A DNA stretch of 64,000 bases from the human T2T-CHM13v2.0 reference genome, Homo sapiens. A program made the position numbers and the translations under genes. The stretch is taken from the NCBI RefSeq assembly GCF_009914755.1, contig NC_060925.1, one strand, 5' to 3'. Shown here one piece after another: positions 52,222-64,000 of the stretch. The notes beneath the pieces were generated by a model that was not told the DNA's origin, did no database searches, and saw only the letters and a list, made by a program, of their open reading frames with translations. The number at the start of each line of letters is the position of its first letter. Within the stretch, counting starts at the first letter, position 1.

Positions 52222-52492
52222 TTCAAAAACCATACACCACACATTCTCACTTATAAGAGGGAGCTAACATTGAGTACATGTGGTCACAAAGAAAGGAACA
52301 ATAAACACCAGGGCCTAATTGAGAGTGGAAGGTCGGAGGAGGATGAGGCTCAAAAAACTGCCTATGGGGTAAAATGCTCAAAACTGTCTACCATGATGAA
52401 ATAATCTGTACACCAAAACACGTGATGCACAATTTACTGATGTAACAAACCTGCACGTGCACCCCTGAACCTAAAATAACATTTGGAAATAA
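52222..52492 (+). mobile_element. L1PA15/16-type 3' end
   Basis: TTCTCACTTATAAGAGGGAGCTAACATTGAGTAC..TGTAACAAACCTGCACGTGCACCCCTGAACCTAAAATAA. Confidence 0.85.
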
Positions 52493-52528
52493 ATTAATCT
52501 TGTAATTACAATTTTAAAATTTACATTA

Positions 52529-52838
<310 letters not shown>

Positions 52839-54099
52839 TTATAATATTTATGTTTATAATAGATATGTATAAATCATCCTTCACAAATCAAATTATACTA
52901 TAAATGAAATGGGATAGCCACTGATGGACTTAGGAGAAGTCTGCTGAGGGTAGGGTATACAGGTATATAGCATCCCAGTGCCTCCCTGTGCTGTCCAAAC
53001 AGTACAAATATGATGAGCTTATCATTATTTTTCATGCCTTAATGTGGTGATTGAAGAGCTCATAATAGGAATTAGAGAAGTGTCAGCTCAGACTTTCTTG
53101 TTAACTTGTGTTTGCATTATTAATATTATCATCAATCAAGGATTTCCTGGCAATGATCTTTTTTAAGCCACATGTCCTTTTTGTGAAGGCTAGTTTCATT
53201 GAATTGAAATGATATAATCTATAAACCTATAGAACCCAGCCTAGGCAAGCTGCCACAGGCCACAGTATGCCAAGAGCAGATAACTTAAGTGAGGGTGCCA
53301 CAGCCAAGCCCTCCACATCCTTTGGGGTCACCACAAATGGCCTGTGCCTCAGACCTTTTGCCACAAGACTTATGTCAATATCAACTCATATATTAAATAC
53401 AGTAAAGTTTAATGTAAGTCTTACATTTAGAACAAAAATATGGTAGAAAGATAATATTTTCTTCTTGTTCCTCAGTGGATGGTTTAACTCACTGACTCCT
53501 CTTATAAGATCACTAGTCTGGTATATGACCAGCTAACAGAGCGTAAGTAAAACCACACCTACATAAAACCAGAGACAATTCTTCATTTCAAACTACCCTA
53601 ATTACTTAGAATGTGCTAGATCCACTTTCTTGTTTCACCTCATTCCTCCCTTCCCTGCTCAGCGGTAGTCACCCACAGAGCAACTCTTCTCAGGTCTTCA
53701 GGTGATCCTGGTGGGGAAGAAGTGCACTAAAGCCCCACTGTCATCAGTGGGTGGTGTCTGGACTGTGTTGTTTATGCATCTGGACTGCACTAGCTTTTAG
53801 TCATCTCTATGCTCTCCCAGTTCCATTCACCTCATAACTGCCTAAGATCAATGAGTGCATGTAGATTTCCACACCTCTTGCAGCCTGCTCTTCAGCAGCA
53901 TCCACTTTGCAATATATTTGCCCAAGATTTAGATCAGTCTCCACATCTCATCTTAAATACTGCTGGAGTAAAACCGCACCTCTGGGATACTGATGCATCT
54001 GCAAATCTCCAATTTCCACCTTCAGTGTTGCTTGGCAATTCATACATTCATTCAATAATGTATGTAGGAAGGTATGTATGAATGTATGAACCAGTGTTG

Positions 54100-59475
<5,376 letters not shown>

Positions 59476-59605
59476 ACATACTGTGGGAATCAACAAATGA
59501 CCTTTAACTAAATGGAAAGCCTAGCAGTTACCATAGTGTCTGGTATACTTAGAAGTGCAATAATAATACTTTACTTTCTTTGTTAAGACCTCAGCTTGAA
59601 TACAA

Positions 59606-60544
59606 AGAAATTTTCACAACCTACTCATCTGACAAAGGGCTAAGATCCAGAATCTACAATGAACTCAAACAAATTTACAAGAAAAAAACAAACAACCCCT
59701 TCAAAAAGTGGGCAAATGACATGAACAGACACTTCTCAAAAGAAGACATTCATGCAGCCAAAAGACACATGAAAAAATGCTCATCATCACTGGCCATCAG
59801 AGAAATGCAAATCAAAACCACAATGAGATACCATCTCACATCAGTTAGAATGGCAATCATTAAAAAGTCAGGAAACAACAGGTGCTGGAGAGGATGTGGA
59901 GAAATAGGAACACTTTTACAGTGTTGGTGGGACTGTAAACTAGTTCAACCACTGTGGAAGTCACTGTGGTGATTCCTCAGGGATCTAGAACTAGAGATAC
60001 CATGGGACCCAGCCATCCCATTACAGGGTATATACCCAAAGGATTATAAATCATGCTGCTATAAAGACACATGCACACATATGTTTATTGCGGCACTATT
60101 CACAATAGCAAAGACTTGGAACCAAGCCAAATGTCCAACAATGATAGACTGGATTAAGAAAATGTGTCACATATACACCATGGAATACTATGCAGCCATA
60201 AAAAATGTTGAGTTCATGTCCTTTGTAGGGACATGGATGAAATTGGAAATCATCATTCTCAGTAAACTATCGCAAGGACAAAAAACCAAACACCGCATGT
60301 TCTCACTCATAGGTGGGAATTGAACAATGAGAACACATGGACACAGGAAGGGGAACATCACACTCTGGGGACTGTTGTGGGATGGGGGGAGGGGGGAGGG
60401 ATAGCATTAGGAGATATACCTAATGCTAAATGACGAGTTAATGGGTGCAGCACACCAGCATGGCGCATGTACACATACGTAACTAACCTGCACATTGTGC
60501 ACATGTACCCTAAAACTTAAAGTATAATAATAATAATTAAAAAA
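59606..60544 (+). mobile_element. 5'-truncated L1PA3-like 3' end
   Basis: ORF2 C-terminal ORFs 59580-59972 and 60081-60323; 3'UTR CCTAATGCTAAATGACGAG..TAAAACTTAAAGTATAAT. Confidence 0.95.
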
Positions 60545-61005
60545 GTGATCTATCATTTACATGTTAGCATAAAGAATAATATGACCATATGGTGTACTAG
60601 AAGGAATTATTATTAAAGAAAGAGGGATACAAGAAGGGGGCACTAAGAACAAACTATTCATATGTGTCCTTGCTCTATTAGAGTGTTGTAGCAGCCAGTA
60701 GACATCAGAGCCTGTCTTCAGTGTCTGCCTGCATCCCAGCCATTTAGTTTGCTAAATATCATTGGGTAGACGTTTTTTATACATCAAAGGCTCATAAGGG
60801 TCCTGACGTTTATACTACTCAAGGTAATGGATTGTCCCTATGGCTTCTATATGTTTCTGGGCTCCAGCTGGCTGGTGCAGGAACAGTTGGCCTGCACAGT
60901 GCAGGAGCTGCCCTCATTTGTGTGCTTTTCTAGGTCTGTACAAACCCAATGACTGAAAGCCTCAACCAGTGGCTTTTCAGAAAGGGGAAAGATCAACATA
61001 ATTGA

Positions 61006-61006
61006 A

Positions 61007-61039
<33 letters not shown>

Positions 61040-61042
61040 ACA
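61006..61042. repeat. (CA)n microsatellite
   Basis: Direct reading. Confidence 0.95.
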
Positions 61043-62192
61043 AATATACATATATAATGCTCATAATGTGTGTATAAATACACACATTATGGTTAAGTAT
61101 ATCTTAATTTCTAATGCATAAGTGAAAGAGGATCTGTAGAGATTAATAAAAGGCTCTGGGTTATAAAAATTAATAGGATCTAGAGATTTGTTTTTCTAAC
61201 AACTTGTAGACTGAGCTAAGATGAGTAATCATTCACTCCCTTCAAAAAAAATGAGAATAAAAAGTGAATTCAAATAAAGATGAGAAATTTCTGGTCCAGA
61301 AATGAAGAGGGAACTTAAAGCCAGAGCAGCCCATTCAAGACCCAATGTCAAGAAGACCAGAGGAGATATTGGGCTGAACAGATCCTATAGACCATGGGTT
61401 GGAGCTTTACACCAAGCTAGATGCAAGTACCACATGAGATAAAGATGTCAGAGTATAACCCCTGCATAAATCCAGAGTATTAAGAAAGCTAACCTCTGAG
61501 TAAAAAAGCGACTAGAATAATTTTGCCCTGAGCCCTAAAGAAGCATCAGAGGAGGCCTATGTTTTCTTAGGACTCTGAGTGATAGGCTTCCATGAAAGAC
61601 AGAAACACCAGGCATATGGCACACATGGGTTTGGAGTTCAAATTTATACCATGCGCATGTTGAATAAATTCCTAAAACAAAAACTTAAAAGACCATAAAC
61701 ATGCTAGAGTACCTAGCAAAAGCAGATGTAAAACTGCTCTTCTATACTTCAGGTTGCAGTATAGACTCCCACAGGTAAGGAAAAAATAATTACTGAAGAT
61801 GAGATCATAACAAAAAATTACAAATCATATACATGAAAATGATACAAAATGAGACAGTATCAGCAGTCACACACAAAAAAAAAACCTGATGAATAGCTCT
61901 CCACATATTGGGTTAACAGACCAATCTCTAATGCAAGAAAATGGAATAAAAAGAGCAATCTCAAAGAATATATAAAGTTTTAAATTATTAAAGATATAGA
62001 AGAAACCTAAGTCATAAGGAAATGACTGTGAAAAAAAGAATTTCCATATATGAAAAAGATAGTCATAAAAATTAGACTAAATGTAGCTGAAAAAAGATAT
62101 AGAGGACTGGAAGATACATCAGTGGAGATTATACAGAATGAAACAAATAGAGATAAAATGATGAAAAATACTTTTTATAAGATGTTAGCATT

Positions 62193-64000
62193 TAAATACA
62201 CACACCAGTGTCACTATAAAGCAACGACGCAAACAAGCCAACATAATAACCAGCTAACAACACAATGACAGGATCAAATCCACACATATCAATACTAATC
62301 TTGAACATAAATAGACTAAATGCCCTCACTTAAAAGGCACAGAGTGGCAAGCTGGATAAAAAAAAAGCAAGACCCAATGGTATGCTGTCTTCAAGAGACT
62401 CATCTCACATGCAATAACACATATAGGCTCAGAATAAAGGGATGGAGGAAAAGCTACCAAGCAAATGGAAAACAGAAAAAACCAGGGTTAGCAATCCTAA
62501 TTTCAGAAAAAACAGACTTCGAACCAACAAATATCAACAAAGACAAAGAAGGGCATTACATAATGGTAAAAGATTCAACTCAACAAGAAGACCAACTATC
62601 CTAAATACATATGCCCCCAACATAGGAACACCCAGATTCATAAAGCAACTTCTTAGAGACATACAAAGAGACAATGACTCCCATGCAGTAATAGTGGGAG
62701 AATTCAACACTCCACTGACAGTATTAGACAGATCACTGAGGCAGAAAATTAACAAAGATATTCAGGACCTGAACTCAACATAGGACCAAACGGATCTAAT
62801 AGACCTCTACATAACTCTCCATCCGAAAACAATAGAATATACATTATTCTCATCACCACATGGCACATACTCTAAAATTGATCACATAATTGGACATAAA
62901 ACAATCCTCAGCAAATACAAAAGAACTGGAATCATACCAAACACACTCTCAGACCACAGCACAATAAAAATAGAAGTGAAGGCTAAGAAAATTGCTCAAA
63001 ACCATACAATTACATGGAAATATAAACAACATGCTCATGCACGACTTTTGGGTAAATAATGAAATTAAGGCAGAAGTCAAGAAGTTCTTTGAAACTAATG
63101 AGAACAAAGATAAAACATACCAGAATATCTGGAACACAGATAAGGCAGTGTTGAGAGGGAAATTCATAGCACTAAATGCCCATATCGAAAAGTTAGAAAG
63201 ATCTCCAACTAACAACCTAACATCACAACTGAAAGCATTGGAAAATCAAGAACCAATCAACTCCAGAGCTAGCAAAAGAAAAGAAATAAACAAAATCAGG
63301 GCTAAACTGAATGAAGGAGATTGAGACGTGAAAAACCATTCAAAAGATCAACGAATCCAGTTTTTTTTTTTGAAAAAAATAATAAGCTGCTAGCTAGCCT
63401 ACTGAAGAAGAAAAGAGAGAAGATCCAAAAAATCACAATTAGAAATGACAAAGGGAGTGTTACCATTGACCCCACAGAAATAAAAATAACCAAGAGAAAT
63501 AAATACAAATACTTCTATGCACACAAAATAGAAAACCTAGCAGTGATGGCTACATTCCTGGACATATCCACCCTTTCAAAACTGAACTAGGAAGAAACTA
63601 ATTCCCTGAACAGACCCCTATAATGAGCTCTGAAAATGTAACAGTAATAAATAGCCCATGAACCAAAAAAGTTGAGGACCTGACTGATTCACACCCAAAT
63701 TCTACCAGATATACAAAGAAGAGCTGGTACCACTCCTATTGAAACTATTCCCAAAAACTGAGGAGAAGAGATTCTAACCCAACTCATTCTGCATCATACT
63801 GATACCAAAACCTAGCAGAGACACAACAATAAAAGAAAACTTCAAGTCAATATCCTTGATGAATATCGATGTAAAAGTCTTCAACAAATACTTGCAAACT
63901 GAATCCAGCAGCACATCAAAAAGCTAATCTACCACAATTGAGTAGGCTTCATCCTCAGGACACAGGTTAGTTCAACATATTCAAATCAATAAATGTGATT
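62193..64000 (+). mobile_element. Older primate L1 (L1PA13-PB era): inter-ORF region and decayed ORF2 (ATG 62265), running off the window
   Basis: EN motifs CCLQETHL, IVGEFNTPL, YSKIDH; tower/RT-proximal sequence. Confidence 0.9.

Overview
Primate (human-like) genomic DNA, AT-rich and dominated by interspersed repeats. I can support no intact protein-coding gene. The only gene-derived sequence I recognise is a full-length processed RPL4 pseudogene (57164-58595) inserted in an old L1. The rest is L1s of many ages (three young L1PA 3' portions, one of them twin-primed; a near full-length L1PA16/17-era copy; L1MA/MC/ME remnants), nine Alu-family elements, MIR/L2 fossils, several solo ERV1 LTRs and a deeply nested ERV complex at 19.9-36.5 kb (old L1M > ERVL/MLT2 provirus > MER39-like LTR > MER61 provirus > Alu). 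All long ORFs in the track come from L1, Alu, LTR or RPL4-pseudogene sequence. The most unusual signal is repeated local copying of DNA: neighbouring L1PA copies share non-consensus mutations including two ORF2 stop codons; short tail-less fragments sit at junctions with microhomology; a ~350 bp non-repeat segment is present as an inverted pair around an AT-only minisatellite; and one Alu has a 5' inversion. Repeat subfamily names come from my recollection of consensus sequences, not from a database search.
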